The notes under the pieces were generated by a model that was given only the letters and a program-made list of their open reading frames with translations, had not been told where the DNA came from and did not search any database. Positions 45,803-57,927 of a stretch of DNA of 64,000 nucleotides are shown here, piece after piece (positions within the stretch are counted from its first letter, which is position 1; the number at the start of each line of letters is the position of its first letter). The DNA is from an uncultured Methanomicrobiales archaeon (lineage in GTDB: Archaea; Halobacteriota; Methanomicrobia; Methanomicrobiales; Methanospirillaceae), in NCBI GenBank assembly GCA_963732285.1, contig CAVSYT010000006.1:46610-110609 (forward strand), in the 5' to 3' direction. A program made the position numbers and the translations under genes.

Positions 45803-46519
45803 TTAGTGTTCTTGGGTTCTCCGGATGAAGAGCACAGCACCGAGTATTCCAATAATTAACACTGCCGGAAGAAACATGGTCGGGAACTCGGGAACCGGCA
45901 TTTCTGTTTCCACAACCTCTACATCATCAATAAGGGCTCCGTAAGAATCTGCCATTCCGCTACCGGTAAATGATATTGTGGTTAAAGCCCCTGCAGCTTC
46001 ACGTTCGAATGTATATTTTGTCCAACTTCCCATCCCGCCCGCGGTAATTTCAGACGGAGCTCCGGTCCAGTCAAACTGAAGTGTGCAGGGATTATGATTA
46101 TCGTTCGGACGGCATCTTTCTTCATATGAAACACTATACCGTGCACCTGCTATCGTTGCAAACGTTTGCGATATAGTCACGTTTGCCGGTTCACCACTGA
46201 GTGAACCGGTTGGCCCGTCCCAGTCGGTATCCAGTTCCCCATGCTGTTTACCTTCAAATGAAGGAATACTTTCAACCGTATTGGTTTTCTGTAACTCCAT
46301 ATTCGCAATTGCCGGGATGTTCTTTCCATTATAGGAAGTGGGGTTGTTTGCCCATTGGACACTCCAGTCAAGACCAGCAGTCCCATCGGGAAAAATGTCC
46401 CAGCTGTTTGCTACCAACGGATTTTCAAACCCGCCGTTGTTTACAAGGTTTGCTGAAGCCACGCCGATACACGCAAGGAACAGTATCAGGATCAGTCCCA
46501 GTGTTAATGGTTTTTTCAT
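45803..46519 (-). CDS. Secreted PEF-CTERM protein with jelly-roll-like (DUF642-like) domain
   Basis: Signal peptide, NLVNNGGFENP, GALIDDV, VPEFPT + TM + RR. Confidence 0.8.
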   Translation of the reverse strand: MKKPLTLGLILILFLACIGVASANLVNNGGFENPLVANSWDIFPDGTAGLDWSVQWANNPTSYNGKNIPAIANMELQKTNTVESIPSFEGKQHGELDTDWDGPTGSLSGEPANVTISQTFATIAGARYSVSYEERCRPNDNHNPCTLQFDWTGAPSEITAGGMGSWTKYTFEREAAGALTTISFTGSGMADSYGALIDDVEVVETEMPVPEFPTMFLPAVLIIGILGAVLFIRRTQEH

Positions 46520-46806
46520 GATAATCATCCTCATCCGGAATGCGGGATCAGTAAGAGCCCGGTATACATTCAGGTCAACCAAAAATTTACTTATCCAGAT
46601 ATTATTATATGCAATGCACCGCTGCCTTGCATGCTGTTTCTGATAAAAACAGGTTACCCGGTCAATTGAGGTGATGGTATAGTGCTCTGGACTCGAACAG
46701 GATTGTACCGATGCCTCAGTCCGGGCACTATTCGGGAAGATTTAAGCAAATGAAAAATGCTGGAATCATCATTGATCCGCCGTGCCCCGGTACTGCCCTG
46801 TGAGTT

Positions 46807-49312
46807 TCATGAAAATTTCACTCCCAGGTACCCTCCCAGTTCTTCAAACAGTCTGGTCCAAAGTTTTGCGTGTTCATCGCCGGACACTGAAAGTGCCTGC
46901 ATGGCCGCTGCTCTTTTCCGGCCGATGAGGAAATAGTGATTCTGGCATTCCCAAAGATTGTATGTCAGGGAAAGTGGGGATAACAGCGTAAAGGTGGTTG
47001 TGATCTTTTCGAGCAGGATCACATCATCCGGGTTCTCAAAAAGACGATGCATAAGATTGGTTATTGCATTGCTTGCAGTAAAATTGAGAGTTGCTGTGTC
47101 CGGGCTGAATTTTCCTTTTGTCATTTCATCGACAAGAACCGCAAGTCTTTGTGTATCGATATTGTCATTGGTAAGAACTTTCGTGAGATCAAGATTGATG
47201 ATATACCAGACCGGATCCTCGAGCACTTTTGGCGGGGGAATCTGCATCTCTCTCATGGCATGGAGAAGTGGAGAAAACTGGTTGTAGATGTGCCGGAATG
47301 CAGATTCCGTATCCGCAAGTGTGGAGTTAAGAACTGAATATCAGTACTTTCCGTTGTCCATCCCGTAACAGATCCCAGAGTGAATAGAAACGGTTCCCAA
47401 AATGGTTTTCAAGGCAGACAATCATCTTTGGGATGTCGCTTCTGGAAAAACCATTCAGTAATTCATCCCGCATGGCAGCATATGTTTTATCATCCGGAAA
47501 TTCTGTAGCGCCGCCAATAAAATTATGATTTCCCAAATGAAGGACGGCAAACATCAGGGTATTTTCTTCCCAGGTGATATCGGAATACAGGTAGACCTTG
47601 CCGATGGCCAGTTTAAGGTCGCCAGCTTCTTTTTTATTATATGCCTCGTTCTTAAGGGTAAAATTCTTTATCCGTATCTTTTCCGGGGAATCTTCAATCA
47701 GCGATGACAACGCATAATGAAAACCCACCCGGGAAAGATCGACAACGGAAGTCTGGACAAAGCGCCGGTATACCTGCGCCCCGTTTTTGTATTCAGGCAC
47801 GTTACTGGGGGCTTTTTTTAACTGGTAAATAAAGTCCGGTTCCGGATCAAAACCTGCCACTTCCCGGACCAGTTGCATCGCACGACAGGCATACCGCAGC
47901 ACCTGGACCGATTCTATGCCGGAAATGTCGTCAAAGAACCACCCGCAGCTTGTATACATGAGCATAGCGTTTCTCTGGATCTCGAGCAGTTTGAGTGCCT
48001 CGATCTTCTCTTTGGAGGAAAGAGTACGGACCGTATGTTTTGAAAAAAACAACTCAATATTCTGTGGTGAACGGTCCAGGATGACATCAATATAATCATC
48101 CCGTGCCTGCCAGGGGTCAGTCACAAATGAGCTCATTCGTTCATTAAAAAGTGTCACCAGTGTCTGACGGAGCCCGTCCATGGCTTCCCGAAGCGGGGAC
48201 CGCCATTTCTGCCGTGATGTGAGAGGACAACTTTTTATCGATGTCGCGTCTTCCGTTGGTACGGAATGGATTAATGGATTTGAAGATGCTGTCTGGACAA
48301 TAGAACCCGGGGTACAACACCCGCAATCCGCTTTCCAGCGTTCGACGCCATGGATGCAGCTCCATGATGAATTTTCAATTATTTCGACCTGGTGTGCTGG
48401 TGGATTATTACTCAGGTATTCTCCATAGATAGTAATCCGGGCAAGATTTTTGGATTCTATGAGATAGAGGGCATATGCAAGCGCCATATCCCCAAACCGG
48501 TGGTGATGCCCATATGTCTCACCGTCGGATGCGATATTCAAAAGCCCGGACTGTATCTGGTACTGGGAAAAAAACCGCATCATCCTGTTTGCATACACTT
48601 CACCATTTTCCAAAAGATTGGAAAATGCAATTTCCTGTGAAATGCCTTCGTCATAGAAAAAGATGACAATCGAATCTCCGGATGGTAACCGGCAGAGGTA
48701 GGGTAGTGAAGTATCAATCCCTCCCCGGGTTACATCCGTCCAGTGTGAGTCATTGACCGGTTTGATCCTTTGTGCCTGTTTTGGAGAGAGGATCGTAAAC
48801 GCAATTCCCTGTTCTGCCAGAATCTCAAGGGTTTCTACATCAACTGCGGTTTCGGGCAGCCACATGCCTTCGGGTTTTCGTTTGAACCGGGATATGAAAT
48901 CCTTAATTCCCCAGATAACCTGGGTATGTTTATCCCTGCTGTTTGCAAGGGGCATAATCACATGGTTATACACCTGGGCAATGGCAGAACCATGCCCTGA
49001 GAACCTGTTCATGCTCTCTTTATCTGCATCAAGGATTGCCTGGTACACTTCCCTGTTGTTCTGTTCCAGCCATGTGAGCAGGGTAGGACCTACATTGAAA
49101 CTGATCTTTGCATAATTGTTGACAATATCGATGATCTTCCTGTTCGAATCGAGAATGCGGGATGCCGCATTTGGTGCATAGCATTCTGCAGTTATGCGTT
49201 CATTCCAGTCATGATAGGGGTATGCTGAATCCTCTGTCTCAACTTCCTCAAGCCAGGGGTTTTCACGGGGAGGCTGGTAAAAATGCCCATGTATGCAGAT
49301 AAAACGACTCAT
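46807..49312 (-). CDS. GH57-related protein with DUF3536-type region (frameshift near 47335)
   Basis: IHGHFYQPPRENPW, GMWLPET, SDGETYGHH, SWSCIHGVERW, MYTSCGWFFD. Confidence 0.85.
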
Positions 49313-49526
49313 GCCAAGATCACCTCGTAAAAACTTTCAACTATGACTCAATCATTTTTGGATATTCACCCATTCTCTTTTTACCAGATAATAAACTTCC
49401 GTGCATGAAATGTTCCGGGTTTACTCAAGGGATAACTCAACAGTGGATATCTTCAGACTCGTTAATTTTAATTTCCCGTTGATTTGAAAATCTACAGAAA
49501 ACTACCTGATAAAAGAATACTATTCC

Positions 49527-50205
49527 GGTTCTGTTGAAACGCACATGAACCGTTCGGGTTCACTCATGAATTATGAAAATCATTAAAATTTCATATTGGG
49601 GAGGGCCCCCCACCTCAGGGCCTTTCCGAGATGCAGCGGGGCATGGAGGTTTTTTGCCTTTGCAGTCTCTAAAACCGCCGCGGGGGCGTCCCATCGGGGG
49701 CGGCGGCGTTCATCATAATTATACAAAATACATTTTCAAATATTATCTGAATATGCTGATTTTTCTGGGAAATTCAGTTTCCCGCGATTTGCTTCTTCTT
49801 CTCAACTGCTTGGAGGGGGAGGCAGTGCTAGGGGAGCGTCCCCTTGACCTGCGGTTTTTCATTACCCTAATGGGGGCCATAGCACTATTGGGAAATGCCC
49901 GGGAGATGGGGACAAAAAGTTCGATATGCTGGAGACCCCAGGAGCGACTCCTTGTTATTTCTGGATGGTGTCTCATGAAAATCCGATTAGTTCAGGTAAT
50001 ATTGAAAAACAAACATCATGTACCATTACGATAAACCCCGCCGCCCCCGAAGGGGCGCCCCGCGGCGGATCAATGACGGAAAATTTACTGACACCTCCTT
50101 GCCCTGCCGTGCCTAGGAGGGGCCCTGAGGCAGGGAACCATCGCACTATCATGGATTTTTATTGTTAGGGAGTGAACTCCCGTTCATGTTTGTTTTAAAA
50201 AAACC
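49527..50205. mobile_element. Composite MITE E10: both TIRs occupied, body with segment D
   Basis: GGTTCTGTTGAAAC / GTTTTAAAAAAACC; units 49540-49772 and 49973-50196; flanks ACTATTCC / ACTTTTTA (5/8). Confidence 0.82.
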
Positions 50206-50568
50206 ACTTTTTACAAATCCGCGGAAGTTAGCACGAATATTCCCCTTGATTGACCAAAGTAAATGCTGTATGTTGATTGCTTTCGATACGTTTGTGTCAG
50301 AGTAGATTTTCTTAAAAAAAAATAACTCTCTGCTGTCCAGGTAAATCAGATTATGTGGAAACCCGGGAGAAATGCGATGATATCTTCTCACTGTAAGGAA
50401 GTTCCCTGCATCGGCAGAATGGATTTCCTTTTCGGATGTCCAATGAACGTAGTAATGCTCAGAACCGGATGAGCAGCTGAATTATACGAAATGGAACTGA
50501 GTAAAAAACAGTTGCGGAAACGAAAATAGCAATAATATTTTGTTTATGAAAATGGTTATGGGAAAAAT

Positions 50569-50757
50569 CTAGAGTTTTTCCACAGTGATCCGGATCCGGT
50601 CACCGGCTTTTAATACATGACCTTTCGGGATGTCAATGTTGTACCAGAGCGCGTTAGGTGTCTCCTGCGTTGGGTCCTGTGACATCAGGCAGTCTTTGTA
50701 GTCGTTGATATCTGCAACAAATTCGATCTCGGATTCGAATTCCAGAACTTTCGCCAT
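50569..50757 (-). CDS. Small hypothetical protein
   Basis: 62-aa ORF MAKVLEFESE...GDRIRITVEKL directly downstream of the small HTH gene. Confidence 0.55.
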   Translation of the reverse strand: MAKVLEFESEIEFVADINDYKDCLMSQDPTQETPNALWYNIDIPKGHVLKAGDRIRITVEKL

Positions 50758-50786
50758 AATAAAAGAGTCAGATAAGATGAATGGGA

Positions 50787-51038
50787 TTAGCACGCCCGTG
50801 GCGTGACCATCCATGTTGTACTGTTCGAATAACTCCACCGTTTGATGTCCAGTTCCTTACAGTTGTCTGCAAGGATCGCCATATTGGTTCCTACCTCTTT
50901 TGGTGACAGGCCAAGGTCTTTTGCAATATATTTCGATTTGAAATAGTGCTTGCCTAAGGTTATGCCTGAATTGAGGTACTGGACGATCTTGTGCTGGGTC
51001 TCATTATACGTATCACGTAACTTTTTGGTAGTTGACAT
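50787..51038 (-). CDS. Small archaeal winged-helix protein
   Basis: YFKSKYIAKDLGLSPKEVG...WSYSNSTTW; GAGG RBS. Confidence 0.75.
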   Translation of the reverse strand: MSTTKKLRDTYNETQHKIVQYLNSGITLGKHYFKSKYIAKDLGLSPKEVGTNMAILADNCKELDIKRWSYSNSTTWMVTPRAC

Positions 51039-51264
51039 GTTATGCCTCAGCATTAGAAACTCATATAACTTAATTGGTATATAAGTCTTTCTAATTTTCG
51101 GGTCAAAAATCCAGTCTTTTTTTCTGTACTACACAACAATTCTGACCAGAAAGAATTTATCGGGCGCTCCGGTCGAATTGTTTTTGGAAATAGTGATTTC
51201 CGTGCAGGTTTCTATCATTTACGGGGATATTTATGCAAAGCGGTCAATAATAACAGAAAAAAAA

Positions 51265-53112
51265 TTATTGCTGTACCTGTGCGTCAGCAATCTTGCTAAT
51301 CAATGCTTCGATAACGACAGAGCGCATACCTTCAACGAATTTTATACTGCCAACCACAAGGTGCCCGCCACCGCTGATTCCGCCGCCCGGGATCTCGACA
51401 CGCAGTTCCCTGACCATTTTCGGGATGTTCATCAGGACGCCACGGGAACGGAGCACGGCAAAGTCCGGCCCAAACCCGATTGTAACAACGGGCTTGCCAA
51501 CATTCTGCTGGCAGAGACGGTCATGTACTTCACCGGATGTTTTACCCGGGGGTGGGAAGGTGAACTTATGGGCATGGATCTCGACATCGAGAAGGAACAG
51601 GCGTGCATCGTTTTTCAGTACGCGGGGATCAACGTGGGCCATGCAGGCGCTCATCTGGTCAGCGATCATGGTATTTGCCCCGTCAATCAGGAGCGCTAAG
51701 AGTTTCTTGTGACGCTCGGTATTACCGGTAATGTTCAGGATATCCTTTACAATCTCCCTGCCATCATTGAACCGGAGCCAGAACTGCTCGTAATCAAGGG
51801 CAAGGGCAATATCCTTGCAGGCCTGTTCGGGGTAGTTGTCCTGCACAAGTGCAAGATATAATGCCCGTTCGGGTGCTTCGCTCCGGTCGCCGACAGCTGC
51901 AACCGCCGGGAGGTGGCGGATTAACGGTTCGACTTTGGGATTGATCAACCGTGCGACTTCTGTCCCGAGCATACCGGCCGTGATACCAAAGTCTCCGCCG
52001 ACATGGTAGGGGTTGACATGAGCCAGGAGGTATTTGTCGATAGAGGTGTCCGGGTGGTGGTGGTCGATCACGACAAACGGGATATCGTAGACACTGGCGA
52101 TCTTATACGATGGTTCGTCTTCTTCGGTTGACCCGTTATCGGTGAGGATTACAAGCGGCATCTTCTGGCCGAACCGGACATGGTCTTTTAATGAGAAGTC
52201 GAGGTCCCGGGTGATGTCTTCGATTTCGTAGAATGGTGCTTTTGAAGGAGCCCGCTTGAATAAGAAATACTCAGCATCAAAATCCCCGCCACTCTCACGG
52301 ATAAGGGAGACAACAGCCTGCTCAATGGCGACTGCAGAGCAGATACCGTCTGCATCTGCGTGGTGCCGCAGGATGATTGGCTGGGAGGTGAAGACCGCTT
52401 TCCTGATGATCTTTGCGACTTTCCTCATTTCGGGACGGAGTTTTTCCATGACCTCGCTTGGGACAAGGAGAGAAATTTCCTCCGGTTCCGAACGGAGATC
52501 AAGCGCCTTTTCGATCCGTACCTTCACAACTTCAGCTTCTTCATCCGTGAGGATAGACAGTCCGTCCACTTCAATCTGGATCTGGTCGTTTCTCATCATC
52601 ACTTCGCCGATGAGCTTGACCATGTTCCCGAGTTCTGCTTCAGGGTATGCCCGTACACCGGCTTCGATAAATGCGGCGCCGTTCTGGGTCCCGGTTTCGT
52701 CAACGATGGTAAAGATGGTAGGTCCGCTTGTCTGTTTGATCTGGGCGATCTCACCTTCGATGGCAACGGTCTTTCCAAGTTTTGACGGCAGATCGATAAT
52801 TCTTACGGTCGTGGATTTTCGCTCCACATTCTCGACCTGGTAAACCTGGTACTGCACTTCTTCGAGATCGATATTACCGTTTGGCCGGACCTCGCGGACT
52901 TTTACCAGGACGGAATCGCGCTCCTTGTGTTCTGCCTTTACATTGCTCTTGTGCACAAGTCCCTTGATCCGGTCGTTTAACTGGACGAACATACCAAAGG
53001 TTGCAAAACCCTGCACCTTTCCCTGGTAGATATTTCCTGCTTCGATGTCAGCAAGATCACAGCCGGCACCGAGCCGGTAGACGAGCACATTGTTTGAATC
53101 ATTATTTTGCAT
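51265..53112 (-). CDS. Archaeal RecJ-like DHH phosphoesterase with S1 and OB-fold domains
   Basis: S1 (FGMFVQL..GLVH), QTSGPTIF, HHADADG, TDNGS, DHHHP, GGGH. Confidence 0.85.
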   Translation of the reverse strand: MQNNDSNNVLVYRLGAGCDLADIEAGNIYQGKVQGFATFGMFVQLNDRIKGLVHKSNVKAEHKERDSVLVKVREVRPNGNIDLEEVQYQVYQVENVERKSTTVRIIDLPSKLGKTVAIEGEIAQIKQTSGPTIFTIVDETGTQNGAAFIEAGVRAYPEAELGNMVKLIGEVMMRNDQIQIEVDGLSILTDEEAEVVKVRIEKALDLRSEPEEISLLVPSEVMEKLRPEMRKVAKIIRKAVFTSQPIILRHHADADGICSAVAIEQAVVSLIRESGGDFDAEYFLFKRAPSKAPFYEIEDITRDLDFSLKDHVRFGQKMPLVILTDNGSTEEDEPSYKIASVYDIPFVVIDHHHPDTSIDKYLLAHVNPYHVGGDFGITAGMLGTEVARLINPKVEPLIRHLPAVAAVGDRSEAPERALYLALVQDNYPEQACKDIALALDYEQFWLRFNDGREIVKDILNITGNTERHKKLLALLIDGANTMIADQMSACMAHVDPRVLKNDARLFLLDVEIHAHKFTFPPPGKTSGEVHDRLCQQNVGKPVVTIGFGPDFAVLRSRGVLMNIPKMVRELRVEIPGGGISGGGHLVVGSIKFVEGMRSVVIEALISKIADAQVQQ

Positions 53113-53277
53113 TATTTCTCACCACACACACAGCGAAACGGGCATTTTTGCTTAAGTTTTTTTTATCAATGCCACGCGATTGGATATTGCTCTGTATATT
53201 CATGAATGGGTGTCTGAAGATTTAATTTACTTGTTATCCGCAAAAAGAGAAATCGTGAATAAAAAAGGAGGATTGGA

Positions 53278-54217
53278 TCAATCCCGGAACGGCACTTCAA
53301 TCATATCAAGATCATTGGGGGATACAACATTTCCGGAGAATTTTTTCTTTGCATCACTGACATGAGCCTGTGAATCAATATACCGTGAACTGATATGGAC
53401 AAGTACAAGGGTCCGGGCTGCAAGGAGCAGCTGCAGCTTCTCCGGCCTGCGATGCCGTGGCATGATAAAATTCCGCAGCCCGGTTTGCCTCAGATTCATC
53501 ATAGGTTGCATCATGGATCAGCAGATCTGCATTCCGGGCAACCTCTCCCAATGTTGTATGGACGGCACGGGTATCTCCCGTGTACACAATCTTTCGTCCG
53601 GGACGGGATTCGCCAAGAACATCTTCGGGTTTTACCTCGCGTTTTTGTCCATCAGTAGTAACCGTAACCGTCTCCCCGCGCTGGAGCCTGCCAAACAGGG
53701 GACCCGGGGGAACCCCGAGAGCGATTGCCCCTTCACGGTTGAACCTGCCCGGGCGGGGATCTTCTTCCAATGAATATCCCAGTGCAGGCATACCGTGGCT
53801 TACGGCAAATGCGGTGATGGTATACCCGTCAAACCGCACCCATGAACCATGAGACAGTTCAACTGCTTCGATGGGGAATTTTAGATTGAACCGTGCAACG
53901 TGCCGCAGCGTGTTGACAAATTCCTGTACCCATTCCGGCCCGTAGATGGTAAGAGGTTCAGTGCGCCCGTTGAATGACATGGTCTGGACAAGGCCGAAGA
54001 TTCCGAGGAAGTGATCTGCGTGCCAGTGGGTGACAAAGATCGCGTTGACCAAAAATCCGCATCGTGCTCTCATCATCTGCTGCTGGGCACCCTCCCCGCA
54101 GTCAAAGAGCAGGGTATCCGAACCGTGCCGTATCATGATGCAGGGGGGATTGCGCTGCGGGGTTGGCAGGGCACCGGCCGTGCCAAGGAAATAGACATGC
54201 AGGGTTTCACCGCTCAT
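53278..54217 (-). CDS. rnz: Ribonuclease Z (frameshift near 53420)
   Basis: FLGTAGALPT, DCGEG, THWHADH, GVPPGP exosite, YTGDT, HDAT, LVHISSRY. Confidence 0.92.
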
Positions 54218-54988
54218 GAAAAACACTTCCTGAATACCGGTAAACTCTTTTTTGCTTCTTCAATGGATCGCCCTTCGATAACGACAATGCCGGAATAGTT
54301 TTCAAAAACTGTTTTGCCGATCCGTTCCAGTTGATGGTCCCGTCACCCAGTGCGAGGTGTTCATCAGACATGCCGTGATTGTCATGGATATGGATATGGC
54401 TGGCTTTTTTTACCTGCGGAGAGAAAATCATTCACTTTGCCCAGGGTGTTTGCGTGCCCGAAATCAAATGTCATGCCGATACCTTCGATACCTTCCGTCA
54501 TGCCCATTAATTCTTCGGGTAACTGGCAGAGGAATTCTTTTACCCCAATCATATTTTCAAGACAGGCTAGTGCTGAATGCTCTGCTGCACATTTCCCGAT
54601 CTGCCGGAGCGCTTCTTTCTGGAGATTCCAGACTTTCTGGGGCATCAGTTTTCCTACCGGGGACAGGTAACCCGGGTGAATGGTGATCCGGTCAGTGAAT
54701 GCGGATGCATGGGTTATGCAGGTGCATATCTGGCGGATCGATTCACGCCATATCGGATCGTTGAGGGTGGCAAGGTTCAGGTCCCCATAGGGGGCATGCA
54801 CGGTGATCCCAAGATCGGTGCTTGCAATTACCTCTTCAATTTTTTTAAAGCACGGCGGGATTATCAAGTCTGTAGTTGCCGTCAGCGACAATCTCCCACC
54901 CGTCATAACCTGCCTCTTCGATCCCGTATACCCATGTGATATCGTCCCAGACTTTCGATGATGAGGAGAAATATGGTTTGATGGTCAT
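54214..54988 (-). CDS. Sugar phosphate isomerase/epimerase (xylose isomerase-like TIM barrel), frameshifted
   Basis: HAPYGDLN, HPG, LENM, FDFGHA, HIHDN..DEHL..GDG. Confidence 0.8.
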
Positions 54989-55543
54989 GGTTCACGTCCC
55001 AGGGAGGCGAGAACAGAGGTCACTGCGGTGGAGAATTCCTCAAGGCTTCCTTCGTTTGTTATATTGATATCTGCTTCTGCCAGTGCATTCGCCCAGACCC
55101 CAGTTCAGTCTCGCGTTCGTCCCGTGTCCGCAGGGATTCGGCGGAGGACAAAATCATCGGAACGCCCGCGTGCCGCGATCCGGTCCAGCCGTTTTTCAAA
55201 CGATGAGTCGATGCTGATGAGTGTAAACGTTGAAAAGTGCTTCCGGAACAAGCCTGACTTCAGCATCTCCCCGTATCCCGTCAATAAGGACCAGCGGGGC
55301 TGACTGGTGTTTGATCTCCGGGATACAGAGTGCAGCAATGGCATCCATACCGTTCTCGGCACGGAGCCTGTTTGCCGTTGCACCGAAATTCGTATCATTG
55401 GGTTCCAGTCCGCGCTTTGGTACCGCAGTCCGGATCATGTCGCCCATGACAATGACCGGGATACCCATTTCGGCCGCAATCTTTGAAAATTCACCTTTAC
55501 CGCTTGCGGGAAGCCCGACAACACCAATTACTTTCAGAGACAT
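54985..55543 (-). CDS. P-loop nucleoside kinase, dephospho-CoA kinase-like/UPF0200 (frameshifts)
   Basis: GVVGLPASGKG, VMGDMIR, IDGIRG, RGRSDD. Confidence 0.75.
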
Positions 55544-55564
55544 CTTCTCCGTTATACAGATATT

Positions 55565-56330
55565 TCACCAATCTCCCGTGTTCGTATCCTGTACCTTTTC
55601 TTTCAGGGTATCTGCAATCTCTTTAATCTCTTTCAGTGTTAGTGGGGAATGTTTGTTCTGTTCGTTTCGTTTTTTGCAGATATATTCCCCATTGGTCATT
55701 TCAGGATTTGCACTGCGCATTAGCTGCGATCTTATGTTCACCCTGCTGAAGAACAAGTGGCACATCCCCAATTTTCTCTGAAATCTGCCTGATATATTCT
55801 CGGTTCTCATAAAATACGGTAAACACGACTTCAAATTCTGCTAACTTTTTATTTTCCCATGCCTTTTTGCAAATACTAATGGACTTCTGGACATTTTTTT
55901 CATAATTTTCTTTTGCCATCAGGTTGTAACCCTCAGTATTTCCGGAAAAACCTTCCCATGTCGATTTGTAATCAATGGCGACTTTGTCCACCAGTCCATC
56001 GGAGATTAACGCTTCCAGGGTATCCGGGAAAAAACCATTGGTCTGGATTCCTACTTCAAGGTTATTTTTTTTTGCATACCGGGCCAGAGTTAGCAAAGCA
56101 TCTTTCTGCCATGTGGGTTCCCCCCCGGAAAAAACCACCCCGCTGATAAAAGGCGATGAGGTTTTAATCATTTCAGTGATCTCTTGTATATCGCGATAAT
56201 CCTCGCCGGTCTGGATAGTTTCATTCTGGCAGTACGTGCACCGTAACGGACAACCCCGTAAAAAAAGCGTGCAGACTGCCTTTCCCCGCCAGTCGATCGT
56301 GGAGAGGGAAACAAATCCCCCAAAGTTCAA
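55565..56330 (-). CDS. Radical SAM protein, anaerobic RNR activase-like (frameshift near 55710)
   Basis: GCPLRCTYCQN, FSGGEP, TNG, IDYK. Confidence 0.82.
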
Positions 56331-56648
56331 TTTGATATGATCACCGTCCTGATTATTTTAGCAGAAAGATTATTTTACTGTATTGAGTCGAAATTGCAGT
56401 CGCGGGGTCATGCAGGGCAGATTAACTGCGGCATCAGATTACACCGTTTTTCGTGATGATAAGGTTCATACTGATGTCATTTTCACTGGATGGAATTAAC
56501 GAAAATTCCTGGCAGGAGAATGAAAGGCCGATCCGCATCATCGTGGCAGTCTATAATCATTGTCCGTTTTATTCAATAAGGATGACTATCCTTAATACGT
56601 GCTCAAAAAAGAGGAGGTGATGGCGTGGCAAAAAAAGGAATATACTGA

Positions 56649-57927
56649 TTAGAACTGGAAATGCTTGTTCACGATCTTGATTGCGCAGTAGTCACCGCAC
56701 ATGGTGCACCCGTCCGTGTCAGCAGGCATACGCTCGTCCCGGATGGCTTTTGCCCGGGCCGGGTTCATGGCAACGGCAAACTGGCGGTCCCCAGTCAAGA
56801 TCGCGGCGGGCATGTCCCATCTCGAGATCGAGTTCCCGGGTCTTTTTCAGTTTGATCATATCGCCGACATGGGCAGCGATACGGGAACTCATGACACCTT
56901 CGTATACTTCTTCGGGTGTCGGGAGGGCAAGGTGTTCTGCGGGAGTGACGTAGCAGATGAAATCTGCGCCAAGCGAGGATGAGATTGCTGCGCCGATGGC
57001 AGCAACCCGGTCATCGTATCCCGGGGCAATATCGGTGACAATGGGGCCGAGCATGTAGAACGGCTTGTTGTTGGTGACCCGCTTCATCAGCGTGACATTG
57101 GCTGCGATCTCATCGATCGGCACATGGCCCGGGCCTTCGACAATGACCGGCACATTCTCGTTGTGCGCCTTGTCGGCAAGTTCTGCATTGATGAGCAGTT
57201 CCTGGACTGCGGCACGGTCGGTTGCGTCGTGGATGGCACCGGCGCGCATACCGTTACCCATCGAGAGGGTGACTTCGTGCTCCTTCATGATCTCGAGCAG
57301 GTAATCAAACTCGCTATAGAGCGGGTTCTCCTTCTCGTTGTGGAGCATCCATGCGGTCATGAATGCACCGCCGCGTGAGACAAGTCCCCCGTGCCGGCCC
57401 TGGTTTTTCAGGCGCTTGACCGTCTCCCAGTTGATACCGGTGTGGATGGCCATGAAGTTGGTGCCGAGTTTTGCCTGTTCGGCCGTGATACGGAAGAGGT
57501 CGTCTTCCTTCATGTTGACGACAGCACCGTCCTTGATGGCCGCTTCGATGAATGCCTGGTAGAGGGGAACACAACCAACCGACAGGGTGGTGTTTGCAAT
57601 TACCTGTTTGCGGATCTCGACAAAGTCGCCACCGGTTGAAAGTTCCATCAGGGTATCGGCACCGGCACGTTCGGCCTGTTTTGCCTTCTCGATTTCCTCG
57701 GGGATATCAACAATATCGGTAGATGTACCGATGGATGCATTGACTTTGGTGCGGAGACCTTCGCCAATACCGCAGATCTTTACTTTGCGGTAGGGTGAGA
57801 CCGGGATAACGATGTGGCCTCCGGCAACACCGCGCCGGACAAAGTCTTCGGTGACTCCTTCCTGCTTGGCAACGATCTTCATCTCTTCGGTGACGATGCC
57901 CCGCTTGGCATCTGCGACAATACTCAT
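56649..57927 (-). CDS. thiC: Phosphomethylpyrimidine synthase ThiC family (frameshift near 56790)
   Basis: TKVNASIGTS, MELSTGG, VSRGG, EGPGH, YVTPAEHL, C-terminal CTMCGDYC in shifted frame; Bza-type paralogue not excluded. Confidence 0.88.

Noticed and set aside
46755-46785. CATTGATCCGCCG fragment resembling the A1 arm/hairpin junction
   Set aside because: Only about 13 bp; no ends or other modules
10471-50168. Short ORFs starting MKI.. or lying in repeats (10471, 10664, 18656, 36390, 38474, 41567, 49573, 49926)
   Set aside because: They arise from the ATGAAAAT end motif; frames are not conserved between copies
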